From positions 7,120 through 71,119 of the forward strand of contig CAYQEG010000008.1 in assembly GCA_964416435.1 (NCBI GenBank): DNA of 64,000 nt, in the 5' to 3' direction. The notes under the pieces are model-generated. The model was not told where the DNA came from. It saw nothing but the letters and a program-made list of their open reading frames with translations, and searched no databases. The stretch is from an uncultured Rickettsiales bacterium (GTDB lineage Bacteria > Myxococcota_A > UBA796 > UBA9615). Both the position numbers and the translations under genes were made by a program. Below, piece after piece: positions 9,414 through 18,541 of this stretch; position 1 is the first letter of the stretch; each line of letters begins with the position of its first letter.

Positions 9414-10268
9414 TCAGCCTCCGTTGACGAACTGCAGGAACTCGTCCTCGCTGCAGTCGACCAGCTGAACGCCCATGCCCGAGTCGACGCCCTTGGACGC
9501 CTTGCGGGTCCATCGGACCTCCGCCTGCAGGGCGAACTCGCGGCCCGTGACCGGGTGCACGATGAACAGGGACAGCATGTCCCCCTTGGGGAGCGGCTTG
9601 GGGTGCGCGATGAACATGCCGCCGCGGCTGACGTTCTGCGTGTAGAAGTCGCGCAGCGAACCTTCGGTGCGCATGCGGACGCGAAAGCGTCCGAGCTTAC
9701 GGGGGCCACCTCGGCGGGTCAGCTTGACCATCTGCTCCTCGGGCAGATGCTCGCGGCGCTCGGGATCCGGCGGGGCGGGCAGCGTGCCGGTCGACAGCTG
9801 CTGCAGGTACATCGCCCACTTCGCCTTCAGCGTGGAGTCCATCAGGAAGAACCGCAGCCCCATGCCGGGCATGCCGCCGCAGAAGGCGGCCTCGCCGGGG
9901 GAGACGACGCGCTCGACGGTGCACAGCCCGCGCAGCACCGGTCCACCGGGGAGCACCGAGACGATCTGGATGAGCTCGCCCACCGGCACGTGGTCGGGCG
10001 ACTCCACGAAGATGCCCTCGACGCTGACGTCGACGGCCGTGCGGCGCCGGTCCCGTCCGGCCCATCGGAGCGTGACGTGCAGGTCCACCGGGTAGCGCTC
10101 GCAGGGCACCACGCCGTTCCCCGGGGCCACCTGGAGGTGGTACGGCTCGTCCCCCGACGCGCCGGATCGTCCCAGCTCCGGGGCGTCCTGCGCTGTCTCC
10201 TCGTTCGCGACCTCGGGGGTCGGCTCGGGGGCGGTGACCGGTTCGATCCGGGCAGCAGTCGCGTGCAT
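9414..10268 (-). CDS. tandem PilZ-domain protein (c-di-GMP receptor-like)
   Basis: Two PilZ signatures: ..RDRRRTAVDVSVEG.. and ..RFRVRMRTEG..QNVSRGGMFI.. (RxxxR ... D/NxSxxG). Confidence 0.7.
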   Translation of the reverse strand: MHATAARIEPVTAPEPTPEVANEETAQDAPELGRSGASGDEPYHLQVAPGNGVVPCERYPVDLHVTLRWAGRDRRRTAVDVSVEGIFVESPDHVPVGELIQIVSVLPGGPVLRGLCTVERVVSPGEAAFCGGMPGMGLRFFLMDSTLKAKWAMYLQQLSTGTLPAPPDPERREHLPEEQMVKLTRRGGPRKLGRFRVRMRTEGSLRDFYTQNVSRGGMFIAHPKPLPKGDMLSLFIVHPVTGREFALQAEVRWTRKASKGVDSGMGVQLVDCSEDEFLQFVNGG

Positions 10269-10419
10269 GGGGCATCTCCCGCGCGGGTACGGAACAACGA
10301 ACCCGCTCCAGGAGTCCTATCGGCGGCCGCTCACCCGACTTGACCCGGGAGCCGCAGATGTCTACACCCTGGGCCGTCCGGGGGCGCCCGCACGCACACG
10401 CGAGGGAACGAATTTGGCC

Positions 10420-11370
10420 ATGATCCAGGTGAGATCGCTGACCCGAAGGTACGGCTCGCTGGTCGCCGTCGGGGACGTCTCGTTCGAGGTCGCCGACGGC
10501 GAAGTGCTCGGCTTCCTCGGCCCCAACGGGGCGGGCAAGACCACGACGATGCGCATCCTGACCGGCTCGCTCGGCGCGACGACCGGCGAGGTGTTCGTCG
10601 CGGGGCACGACATGCGCACCGCGTCACGCCAGGCGCGAGGGGAGATCGGCTACCTGCCCGAGTCCCCTCCCCTGTACCGCCAGATGACGGTCCGCAGCTA
10701 CATCGACTTCGCCGCCCGCATCCGGGGCATCGGCGGTCGAGACCGCCGGGCCAAGGTCGACCGGGCCATCGAGCGCGCCGGGCTGACCGACGTCTCGGGT
10801 CGCCTCATCGACCACCTGAGCAAGGGCTTCCGGCAGCGGGTCGGCCTCGCCCAGGCGCTGGTCCACGAACCCAGGCTGCTGATCCTCGACGAGCCGACCT
10901 CGGGGCTGGACCCTGCCCAGGTCGCCGAGATCCGGGACCTCATCCACGAGCTCCGAGGCGACCACACGATCGTGCTGTCGACCCACATCCTGTCCGAGGT
11001 GCGAGCCACCTGCGACCGGGTGCTGATCATCAACAAGGGTCGACACATCGCCGGCCCCGCGACCGAAGACGAGCTGCGGGAGCAGCTGGGCGCGGCGCGC
11101 ACCATCCGGTTGGAGCTGGCCCGCGCCGACGACGGCACCGCCGACGCGCTGGCCGCGGTGACGGGCGTCGAGGCGGTCGAAGACGTGGGCGACGGCGCGT
11201 TCGACGTCACGACCGGCAGCGAGGACGCCCGCGAGGCGGTCAACGCGGCCGCGACGGCGTTCGGGCTGCTGGAGAGCCGCTCCCGCGGCGGACTGGAGGA
11301 GCTGTACCTCCGGGCCGTGAGCGAAGACCCGCCCGACGCCGACGGCGAGGACGAGGAGGCGGTCGCATGA
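10420..11370 (+). CDS. ABC transporter ATP-binding protein (GldA-like)
   Basis: MIQVRSLTRRYG.. Walker A GPNGAGKTT, signature LSKGFRQRVGLA, Walker B LLILDEPTSGLD. RBS GAGGGAA upstream. The ORF-track start at 10234 was rejected as an upstream extension. Confidence 0.85.
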   Translation: MIQVRSLTRRYGSLVAVGDVSFEVADGEVLGFLGPNGAGKTTTMRILTGSLGATTGEVFVAGHDMRTASRQARGEIGYLPESPPLYRQMTVRSYIDFAARIRGIGGRDRRAKVDRAIERAGLTDVSGRLIDHLSKGFRQRVGLAQALVHEPRLLILDEPTSGLDPAQVAEIRDLIHELRGDHTIVLSTHILSEVRATCDRVLIINKGRHIAGPATEDELREQLGAARTIRLELARADDGTADALAAVTGVEAVEDVGDGAFDVTTGSEDAREAVNAAATAFGLLESRSRGGLEELYLRAVSEDPPDADGEDEEAVA

Positions 11371-12125
11371 TGACCTGGCACATCGCCCGTCGGGAGCTCA
11401 TCGCCTACCTGACCTCCCCGTTCGCGTGGGTCGTGAGCGCCGCGTTCCTGTTCATGAACGGCTTCTTCTTCGCGATCTACGTCGGCTCGTACGCCGCCTA
11501 CTCGGCCGAGGCCGCCGCCTACGGGCAGGAGGTGTCGGTCGCGGTGGAGGTGGTGCAGGCCTTCGTCGGCACCTGCGGCCTGCTGCTGGTGCTCTTCGCC
11601 CCGCTGCTGACCATGCGCTCGCTCGCCACCGAGCAGCGGGACGGCTCGCTGGCGCTGCTCCTCAGCTCGCCGGTCAGCTCGTGGGAGATCGTGCTCGGCA
11701 AGCTCGCCGGGCTGGTCGGCTTCTGGCTGGCCCTGTTCGTCGTCGGCATGGGCTACGTCCCGCTGCTGCTCTCCTGGTACGGCGGCCTGCAGGCCGGTCC
11801 GCTCTTCTCGGCGACCCTCGGCATGGTGCTGCTGGCGACGTTCGCCTCGGCCGTCGGGCTGGCCGCCAGCTCGCTGAGCGGCAGCCAGATGATGGCCGCG
11901 GTCGTCTCCTGGGCGGTCCTGCTGTTCCTGTGGATCGTCGGCTTCCTGGCCGAGTTCGACGTCCCGATCATCAAGACGATCGGCGAGTGGCTCGGCATGG
12001 CCAGCCACTACGACGAGATGGCCAAGGGGCTCATCACGGTGACCGACCTGTCCGCCTTCGTGCTGCTCGGTTTCGTCTTCTTGTTCGTCGCGCATCAGCG
12101 CGTCGAGTCCCACCGGTGGAAGTAG
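11367..12125 (+). CDS. ABC-2 family permease (GldF-like)
   Basis: ATGA overlap with the ATPase gene. Six predicted hydrophobic segments. N-terminus MMTWHIARRELIAYLTSPFAWVV is typical of ABC-2/GldF permeases. Confidence 0.8.
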   Translation: MMTWHIARRELIAYLTSPFAWVVSAAFLFMNGFFFAIYVGSYAAYSAEAAAYGQEVSVAVEVVQAFVGTCGLLLVLFAPLLTMRSLATEQRDGSLALLLSSPVSSWEIVLGKLAGLVGFWLALFVVGMGYVPLLLSWYGGLQAGPLFSATLGMVLLATFASAVGLAASSLSGSQMMAAVVSWAVLLFLWIVGFLAEFDVPIIKTIGEWLGMASHYDEMAKGLITVTDLSAFVLLGFVFLFVAHQRVESHRWK

Positions 12126-12135
12126 GGGCCGGGCC

Positions 12136-13710
12136 ATGATCGCGACCGTCGTCGGACGAATCCTTGGCGCGCTGGGCCTGATGGCCGCGTGCCTCTATTT
12201 CCTGGTCGGCTACTTCCTGCCCGAGGTCTCGGGGGTCGCCTGGATCGGCGCCACCGCGGCGATCGGGATCGCCGCCTGGGTCTACCTGGACTGGGACGCC
12301 CTGGCCCGCTTCTTCGGCTCGCGGGGGGGCCGCGAGCAGATCATGTCCTGGGTCCTCGTGATCGTGGTCGCCGGCATCTGCATGCTCCTGATGAGCATCG
12401 CCGAGCGCACCGACAAGCGTTGGGACCTGACCGAGGGCCGGATCCACTCGTTGGACGAGCGCACGGTCGGGGTGCTCGGTGACGTCCCCGACGGCATCGA
12501 GGTCAGCGTGCAGGCCTTCTACGTCGCCTCGTTCGACCAGATGGAGGACCGCAAGCGGCGCGAATTCCAGCGCCTGCTGGAGGCCGCGGAGGCGACCGGC
12601 ACGTCCGTCGAGTTCGACCTCGTCGACCCGGAGTTGGACCCGCTGGTCGCGTCCCGGGCGGAGGTCAACAGCAACGGCACGGTGATCGTGACCGCCCGCC
12701 CATCGGCCGGCGGGGAGCCGCGCACTGAGCGGCTGTACAGCCCCGACGAGCAGGAGCTGACCAACGCGCTGGTCCGGGTGATGAGCGCCCGGCGCAGCAA
12801 GATCGTGTTCGTCAGCGGCCACGGCGAGCGGGAGCCGTCCACCCCGGGCGAGCGCGGGCTCAGCCAGCTGGCGCAGCACCTGCGCAGCCTCGGGTTCGAG
12901 ACCGGCACCTGGAACACGGCGACCGAGCCGGACCTGCCGGGGGACGCCGACGTGCTGATCGTCGCCGGCCCGACGCTCCCCCTGGAGAGCCGCGAGGCCG
13001 GCCAGATCCGGCAATGGGTGGAGGACGGCGGCGCCCTGGCGCTGCTCGCCGAGCCGCCGATGCCCGGTCAGGGCGACGGCCGCACGGGCCTGGAGGGGGC
13101 GCTCCTCAGCTGGGGGCTCAAGCTCCGGGACGACATCGTGCTCGACGAGCTCGGCGCGCGGATCACCAACGACCCGTCGGCTCCCATCGCCGACACGTTC
13201 GGATTCCACGAGACGACCCAGGGCTTCGACCTGCCGGTGATCTTCTCGGTCGCCCGCTCGATCGAGGAGGCCAACGCGCTGCCGGAGCAGGTGACGGTGT
13301 TCCACCTCGCCAAGACGGGCAGCCGCGCCTGGGGCGAGACGGACCTCGAGGCGGACGAGGTCTCGTTCGACGAGGACGAGGACGTCGAGGGGCCGCTGAC
13401 CCTGATCGCGGTCGCCGAGCTGCACCGGGAGAAGGGCGCCAGCGGGCGCGTGCTGGTGGCCGGCGACGTCGACTGGCTCACCGACGGGCTGGTCGTGACC
13501 CGGGGCAACCTGGACTTCGCGGCGCGGACCATCGGCTGGCTCGGCCAGGCCGACGACGTCATCCAGCTGCCCCCGCGCGAAGGCGGCGGCGAAGGGCTGG
13601 ACCTGTCGCCCCTGCAGATGCTGCTGACGGTGTTCATCAGCGTCTTCGCGGTGCCCGGCGCCGCGGCGGCGGCCGGGGTGATCGTCTGGATCTGGCGGCG
13701 CGGGCTCTGA
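12136..13710 (+). CDS. GldG-like ABC-transport auxiliary protein
   Basis: Follows the ATPase and permease. N-terminal and C-terminal TM helices flank a large soluble domain, the GldG-family architecture. Confidence 0.7.
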   Translation: MIATVVGRILGALGLMAACLYFLVGYFLPEVSGVAWIGATAAIGIAAWVYLDWDALARFFGSRGGREQIMSWVLVIVVAGICMLLMSIAERTDKRWDLTEGRIHSLDERTVGVLGDVPDGIEVSVQAFYVASFDQMEDRKRREFQRLLEAAEATGTSVEFDLVDPELDPLVASRAEVNSNGTVIVTARPSAGGEPRTERLYSPDEQELTNALVRVMSARRSKIVFVSGHGEREPSTPGERGLSQLAQHLRSLGFETGTWNTATEPDLPGDADVLIVAGPTLPLESREAGQIRQWVEDGGALALLAEPPMPGQGDGRTGLEGALLSWGLKLRDDIVLDELGARITNDPSAPIADTFGFHETTQGFDLPVIFSVARSIEEANALPEQVTVFHLAKTGSRAWGETDLEADEVSFDEDEDVEGPLTLIAVAELHREKGASGRVLVAGDVDWLTDGLVVTRGNLDFAARTIGWLGQADDVIQLPPREGGGEGLDLSPLQMLLTVFISVFAVPGAAAAAGVIVWIWRRGL

Positions 13711-13725
13711 GCACCGAGGGCGCGG

Positions 13726-13977
13726 TCAGCCGTTGCAGCGGGCGTCGACGTACCGGGACCAGGCGACCGACATCGGCGCGCGCTGGTCGCCCTGGATGCT
13801 CCACGCCATCGTGCAGCCGTCGGGGAACTCGAGCTCCTCCAGCTGCAGGGGGTCCAGGACCCCCGGCTCGCTGGTGAACGTCGGGTCGCCGTCCGCGCGG
13901 CTCGGCGTGAGCATCAGCGCGATGCAGAGGAACAGCCCGGTCAGGGCTCCGATGGTGGCGGCTTCGTACCTGGTCAT
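13726..13977 (-). CDS. small secreted protein (signal peptide, 2 Cys)
   Basis: Internal start MTRYEAATIGALTGLFLCIALMLTPSRA preceded by RBS AGGAGGG. The longer ORF-track N-terminus was rejected. Confidence 0.45.
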   Translation of the reverse strand: MTRYEAATIGALTGLFLCIALMLTPSRADGDPTFTSEPGVLDPLQLEELEFPDGCTMAWSIQGDQRAPMSVAWSRYVDARCNG

Positions 13978-14112
13978 GGCGTTACCCTCCTGACGAGGGA
14001 AGGGAGCAACGGCCGTGCCAGGATCCGCGATCGACGGACATCGCGGCTGTCGGGCGATCTCGAGGCGCTCGTCGGGGGGTGTCCGGACGTCCGCGGACAC
14101 GTCGTCGGACGG

Positions 14113-14808
14113 TCAGTCGGGGAGGAACTCCCAGTTGAACGCCACGTTCCCCGACTCGCCGGACTCGTCGTAGTAGTCCGTCACCTGCATCTTCAGGCAC
14201 CGCCCGTCGTGGGTCTCGACGACGTAGACGTGGCCGTAGGGGAACACCTCGTGGCCGCTGAAGCTGTACTCGAACCAGAAGGTGAGCGACGGGTTGTAGT
14301 CGATCTCCGCGAACGGGCCGGCCCCGTCGGGGTCGTCGAGCAGGTCGGGCACCCAGCCGTCATCGACGGTCGGCGTGCTGCCGCCGCAGCTGAGCACCCC
14401 GGTGTTGTCGGTGCCGTCGGCCTCGTCGAAGTCGCCGCAGCGGGCGGTGAAGTCGGCGAGGTCGGCCCACTCCTCGACCAGCCCCTCGACCGCGAGGATG
14501 GCCCCCCGGCCGACCGAGTCGGAGGACGCCGCGGTACCCGAGTTGGTGGCGATCACCCACTGGGAGATCGCCAGGTCCCAGCCCTCGTGCTGGGAGGGGT
14601 CGTCGGTGACGATCTCCTCTCCCGCGTCGTCCAGGAGCACCGCGTCCTCGTCGAAGGAGTAGAGCTTCCAGCTGCCCCGCTCCTGGCTGACCACGGTGAC
14701 CGCGCCGTCCACGACGCCGTCCCCCTTGCCGCACCCAGGCGTGGCCTGCAGTCCGAGCAGCGAGACGGCGACGACGGTGGCGGGCAGGAGGCTGCGGGCT
14801 CGGGTCAC
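14113..14808 (-). CDS. secreted lipoprotein, tentatively HmuY-like
   Basis: Signal plus lipobox-like LLGLQATPGCG. GWDLAISQWVIATNSG and a C-terminal ..CLKMQVTDYYDESG segment are reminiscent of the HmuY family. Weak assignment. Confidence 0.45.
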   Translation of the reverse strand: MTRARSLLPATVVAVSLLGLQATPGCGKGDGVVDGAVTVVSQERGSWKLYSFDEDAVLLDDAGEEIVTDDPSQHEGWDLAISQWVIATNSGTAASSDSVGRGAILAVEGLVEEWADLADFTARCGDFDEADGTDNTGVLSCGGSTPTVDDGWVPDLLDDPDGAGPFAEIDYNPSLTFWFEYSFSGHEVFPYGHVYVVETHDGRCLKMQVTDYYDESGESGNVAFNWEFLPD

Positions 14809-15650
14809 CGACGGGCCCGAGGCTTGGTGGGGGCGTCACCCCGGCGGTGGTCCGCTCCGTCGACCTGCACGAACTCGCACATCGAGCAGAGCCGGCTGTA
14901 GATCCGCTCCCCGATGCGCTCCACGAGCGACGGCATCTTGCTGCCGGCGGCGCCGGTCTTGCGGGAGTCGTAGCCGGGGTGATAGCCGCCGCCGTGGGAC
15001 GCCGCGGCGGTGTCGTGGGGGTCGAAGTTGGTGGTGCAGAGGGTGACCTTGCCGGCGTTGTAGCGGCGGCTCACCAGGTCATCGAGCACGGTCTCTTCCC
15101 ACTCGGTGCCCCGGCCCTTGCCGAGCTCGTCGATGACGAGCAGCTCGACGTCCACCAGGGGCATCATCAGGGCTGCGTCACCGCTGCCCGAGGAGAAGCT
15201 GCGCTTGAGGTCGGCGAGCAGGTTGCCGTAGTCGACGAAGCGGCAGCCGACCCCCTTGCGCAGCGTCAGCTCCCGGAAGATCGACACCGCGAGGTGCGTC
15301 TTGCCGGTGCCCACGGGGCCCCAGAACAGCAACCCCCGGTCGACCTTGGGGTAGCTCAGGGCGAACTCCTCGGCCCGGCGCTGGGCCATCTGCTGGGTCT
15401 TGGTGCGCGGCTTGAAGGAGCCGAGGGTGGCGCCCGCGAAGCGCTTGCCGATCTGCGCCTGGTTGAACATCTCGAGCCGCCGGCGGGCCTTGCGGCAGGG
15501 GCACGGGGCGAACACCTCGTACTCGCCGTCGAGGTGGTAGCGGCCTCCGGCGTCGTCACACTCGGGGCACCGCCAGTCCGGCGGATCGAACTCGGCCCGG
15601 CAGATGGCGCCGTCGGCGACGACGACGGGGGGCGGGGGGCGGAACGTCAC
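14805..15650 (-). CDS. DnaC/DnaI/IstB-like AAA+ helicase-loader ATPase with N-terminal zinc ribbon
   Basis: Walker A FWGPVGTGKTHLAVSIF, Walker B LLVIDELGKG. N-terminal CRAEF..CPEC..CPC zinc-binding region. GTG start at 15650 overlaps the upstream stop as GTGA, with GGAAGGA RBS. The ORF-track extension to 15851 was rejected. Confidence 0.7.
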   Translation of the reverse strand: MTFRPPPPVVVADGAICRAEFDPPDWRCPECDDAGGRYHLDGEYEVFAPCPCRKARRRLEMFNQAQIGKRFAGATLGSFKPRTKTQQMAQRRAEEFALSYPKVDRGLLFWGPVGTGKTHLAVSIFRELTLRKGVGCRFVDYGNLLADLKRSFSSGSGDAALMMPLVDVELLVIDELGKGRGTEWEETVLDDLVSRRYNAGKVTLCTTNFDPHDTAAASHGGGYHPGYDSRKTGAAGSKMPSLVERIGERIYSRLCSMCEFVQVDGADHRRGDAPTKPRARR

Positions 15651-16324
15651 GGGGCCAGTCCTTCCAGGCGATCGGGGTCGAGCACGGGGTCGTGCTCGCG
15701 CAGCCGCCGGCGCATCAGCTCGGCGACGGTCTGCTCCATCGCGTCGGGGTCCATCGCGTCGGCCGCCTCGCCCAGATCTGCGAGCACGGCGTCTCGCAGT
15801 GCGGACCGCTCGGCAACGGACAGCGCCCCGGCGCGATCGTCGTAGTAGCACCGGGAGGCCGCCAACAACAGGCAGAACGCCTCGTCTTCGTCGACCGACT
15901 CGGCCGCATCCTGCAGCGTCTGCCTCGCCCGCTCCAGGGCAGCGGCGCGGGCGCCCGTCGCCCCCTCCTGCGCGCCGAGCACGGAGGCGACGGCGAGGGC
16001 CAGCAGCCCCACCTCGGCCGGCGCCGGCTCGGTCGGCGACTCGCGGCTCCCCACCCCCCGCAGCCGCGCCCGCTCACCGGCCTTGGCGACGGCCGCCTTC
16101 ATCGACGACAGCGGCAGCCCCCGCGGCGGGTTCTTGCGCTTCTTGAGCTGCTCCCCCTTGCGCCGGAGCTCGGCGAGCACGGCGCCGAGGGGGTACCCGG
16201 CGTCGAACCACCGCTCGATCCAGTGCTGGTCCATGGGCGACAGGATGTGCCCCTCGTCCCGCAGATAGAGCACCAGCTCGGCGATCGCCGAGGCGTAGCG
16301 GTCGAGTCCGTCCAGCGCATCCAT
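15647..16324 (-). CDS. hypothetical protein translationally coupled to the DnaC/DnaI-like gene (possible loader partner)
   Basis: 225 aa. Its stop is fused to the downstream start as GTGA. High GC3. No clear motif. A DnaD/DnaB-like role is a guess from context only. Confidence 0.5.
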   Translation of the reverse strand: MDALDGLDRYASAIAELVLYLRDEGHILSPMDQHWIERWFDAGYPLGAVLAELRRKGEQLKKRKNPPRGLPLSSMKAAVAKAGERARLRGVGSRESPTEPAPAEVGLLALAVASVLGAQEGATGARAAALERARQTLQDAAESVDEDEAFCLLLAASRCYYDDRAGALSVAERSALRDAVLADLGEAADAMDPDAMEQTVAELMRRRLREHDPVLDPDRLEGLAP

Positions 16325-16449
16325 GGAGCCGCGGACCCTAGCAAGCCCGGACCACGAATTGCCCCCCCTTCGCCCCTCCGTTAGAGTCCCGCAATTGCGC
16401 GCCTCCGCGTTTCCGCGTCTTCGCGCCCCCTTCGTCTCCCGGAGACCGA

Positions 16450-17466
16450 ATGCTCCGCCTCCTGCTCCTGCTCCTCGCCTCCCTCCTCGCCTTCCCCGCG
16501 GCGGCCCTCGCCCAGGACGACGACGACTTCGAGGAGGACGAGGACTTCGAGGAAGAGCCGGGCGACGACCGGGACACGTACGAAGCCTTCAAGAAGGACA
16601 TCAAGGGTGAGTCGGCGGCCGAGGAGATCGACGCCTGGTACCGCTACCTGGACGCCTACCCCGACTCCCAGTTCCGGCTGGAGATCGAGGGCCGGATCGA
16701 AGCGCTGGAGGAGGCGGCCTTCGAGGAGCTGATGCGCGAGCGGAGCGACTCGGACGCGGACGACGGCCGGACCGACGCCAAGCGGGCCGAGATGGACGTG
16801 CTGGAGCCGGCCCTGATCGGCATGAGCGCCAACACGCGGCGGCGCTTCGAGTTCGGCCTGCTGTGGGGCTTCGCCGACTACATCAACTACGACCTGACGT
16901 TCGAGTGGGCGTTCGCCCGCAAGTTCAGCGTCTTCGGCGGCGTGCGGCACGAGGGCCGCGCCTTCGGCGGCACCTTCCAGGCCGGCGCCAAGTACGCCCT
17001 GGTCAAGGACGTGCGCACCGGCGTGGTGCTGACCGGGGCGGTGTCGGTCAAGGTCGGCTACAGCAGCCTGGATCGCCTCAGCTTCATCGTGGAGCCGTGG
17101 GTCGGCTTCGCGTGGCTACCGTCGGACCGGTTCCAGCTGCAGACGAGCCTGGCGATGGACATCCGCCTGGACCGGCTCCGCACGTGGGTCGTCTGGGACA
17201 TCATGGCCGTCGTGCGGCCCACCGACGTGGTCGGCATCTACATCGAGAGCAAGCAGAAGCACTCGCTGCAGGGCATCGACGGCCTCGGCACCCAGTACCT
17301 GGCCTTCTACCAGGCGGGCGCTGGCGTGAAGGTCAAGCCCGCCCCCCTCATCGAGCTGACCGTCGGCGCGAACGTGCCGTACTTCTGGCGGCTGTGGAAG
17401 GACTACCAGTACTTCGGCGTGCACGCCGACGTGGTCTTCCACTTCGCGAGCAAGCCGAAGCGGTAG
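16450..17466 (+). CDS. secreted protein with signal peptide and acidic N-terminal stretch
   Basis: MLRLLLLLLASLLAFPAAALAQ signal, then DDDDFEEDEDFEEEPGDD. Rest is rich in alternating aromatic/hydrophobic residues (possible beta-rich fold). Confidence 0.6.
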   Translation: MLRLLLLLLASLLAFPAAALAQDDDDFEEDEDFEEEPGDDRDTYEAFKKDIKGESAAEEIDAWYRYLDAYPDSQFRLEIEGRIEALEEAAFEELMRERSDSDADDGRTDAKRAEMDVLEPALIGMSANTRRRFEFGLLWGFADYINYDLTFEWAFARKFSVFGGVRHEGRAFGGTFQAGAKYALVKDVRTGVVLTGAVSVKVGYSSLDRLSFIVEPWVGFAWLPSDRFQLQTSLAMDIRLDRLRTWVVWDIMAVVRPTDVVGIYIESKQKHSLQGIDGLGTQYLAFYQAGAGVKVKPAPLIELTVGANVPYFWRLWKDYQYFGVHADVVFHFASKPKR

Positions 17467-17503
17467 GAAGCGGCGGCAACCCCGGGGCTCGGCCCCCGCG
17501 GCG

Positions 17504-18109
17504 CTACTCCATCTCGAAGGCCATGCCTCCGTCGTCGTAGTAGTACTTCCGGAACGAGTCGATCTCGTCGGGGTGGTTGTACGCCCAGCCGGCCGCGTCC
17601 GGGTTCAGGTAGTCGCCGATCTCGACCCGACGGTAGAAGTCGTCGGGGTTCTCGTGGATGTCCTGCCAGGAGAGCACGCCCAGGAGCATGTCGGCGATGT
17701 CCGCGAGGTGCACCTCGAGCGTGTAGGTGCTGTCGTTGACGTAGCAGACGAACCCGTCCTTGGGGCTGATGTTGGGGTGCCAGACGTCGGAGACCGCGTA
17801 GATCTCGGGCTTGACCACCGGGTACGCCTCGGACAGGTAGATGTCGAAGCTGACCGTGTCCTTGATCGGGAAGTGGGCCAGCGGGAAGCCCTTGAGCTGG
17901 AACTTGCCCGAGGGGCGGCCCAGCGTCGGCTTGGTGAAGGTGTAGCGGTACTTGTACGGCAGGGCCTCTTCGCCCCACGTGAAGTCGAGTGGCTCCACCG
18001 CCACCACGGACTGCTCCACCATGAAGTTCTGCAGGATGTCCCACTCCGTCTGGAGCCGGCCCATCACGAACTTCGCGTCGCCCGACGGCTTGGTCTTCCC
18101 TCCGGCCAT
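17504..18109 (-). CDS. UBC-fold E2-like ubiquitin-conjugating enzyme homolog
   Basis: N-terminal helix RLQTEWDILQ, then canonical E2 active site VWHPNISPKDGFVCY (HPN + catalytic Cys) in UBC-like spacing. Last gene of the baseplate-E1 operon. Confidence 0.8.
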   Translation of the reverse strand: MAGGKTKPSGDAKFVMGRLQTEWDILQNFMVEQSVVAVEPLDFTWGEEALPYKYRYTFTKPTLGRPSGKFQLKGFPLAHFPIKDTVSFDIYLSEAYPVVKPEIYAVSDVWHPNISPKDGFVCYVNDSTYTLEVHLADIADMLLGVLSWQDIHENPDDFYRRVEIGDYLNPDAAGWAYNHPDEIDSFRKYYYDDGGMAFEME

Positions 18110-18128
18110 GACCTGTCTCCTGGTCCCG

Positions 18129-18422
18129 CTAGGCGGGGATGTGCTCCATCACGAGGCGGATCTCGTCGCCCTCTTCCACCCCGGCGTCGCCGAGCGACTC
18201 GTTGGGCTGGAGGATGTAGTGCTTGCGACCGCCGCTGCGACGATCGGGCACGGAGATCTTGAACGAGCGGGGATTCCCCTGCTCGTCGGTCATGTTCATC
18301 TTCAGGTTGCGAGCCAGAAACGGCGCCAGCTTGCTCGCAGGCACGTCGCTGCTGATCTTGACCGTTCGATTCGTTCCGCCGGTGGGCTCCTTGAGCCGCA
18401 CCTTCACCACATTGTCGCTCAT
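18129..18422 (-). CDS. small beta-grasp (ubiquitin-like) protein lacking C-terminal Gly-Gly
   Basis: 97 aa. VKVRLKEPTGG..RTVKISSDV..ASKLAPFLARNL..SFKISV..EGDEIRLV fits a beta-grasp pattern. Ends ..MEHIPA. Sits between the membrane zinc-ribbon gene and the E2. Confidence 0.55.
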   Translation of the reverse strand: MSDNVVKVRLKEPTGGTNRTVKISSDVPASKLAPFLARNLKMNMTDEQGNPRSFKISVPDRRSGGRKHYILQPNESLGDAGVEEGDEIRLVMEHIPA

Positions 18423-18541
18423 CCTGATCCTCCGCCGCCGCCAGAGGCCCTCTTGTCCAGAGGGAAGCAGGCCGCGGGATCGCCCGATAGGGCGCTGATC
18501 CTATACCACACAGCCGGCTCGTCGGCCCCTGACCACCGCCG

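Noticed and set aside
9392-9418. Imperfect inverted repeat between convergent genes (FHA-SLT2 and PilZ gene)
   Set aside because: The stem has mismatches and there is no T-run. Too weak to call as a terminator.
9697-13425. Long minus ORFs 9697..10608, 10698..12137, 12034..13425
   Set aside because: Antisense to the ABC ATPase, permease and GldG-like genes. No motifs.
14805-16324. DnaC/IstB-like gene as part of an IS21-family insertion sequence
   Set aside because: The partner gene is 225 aa without HTH/DDE transposase features. No terminal inverted repeats were seen.
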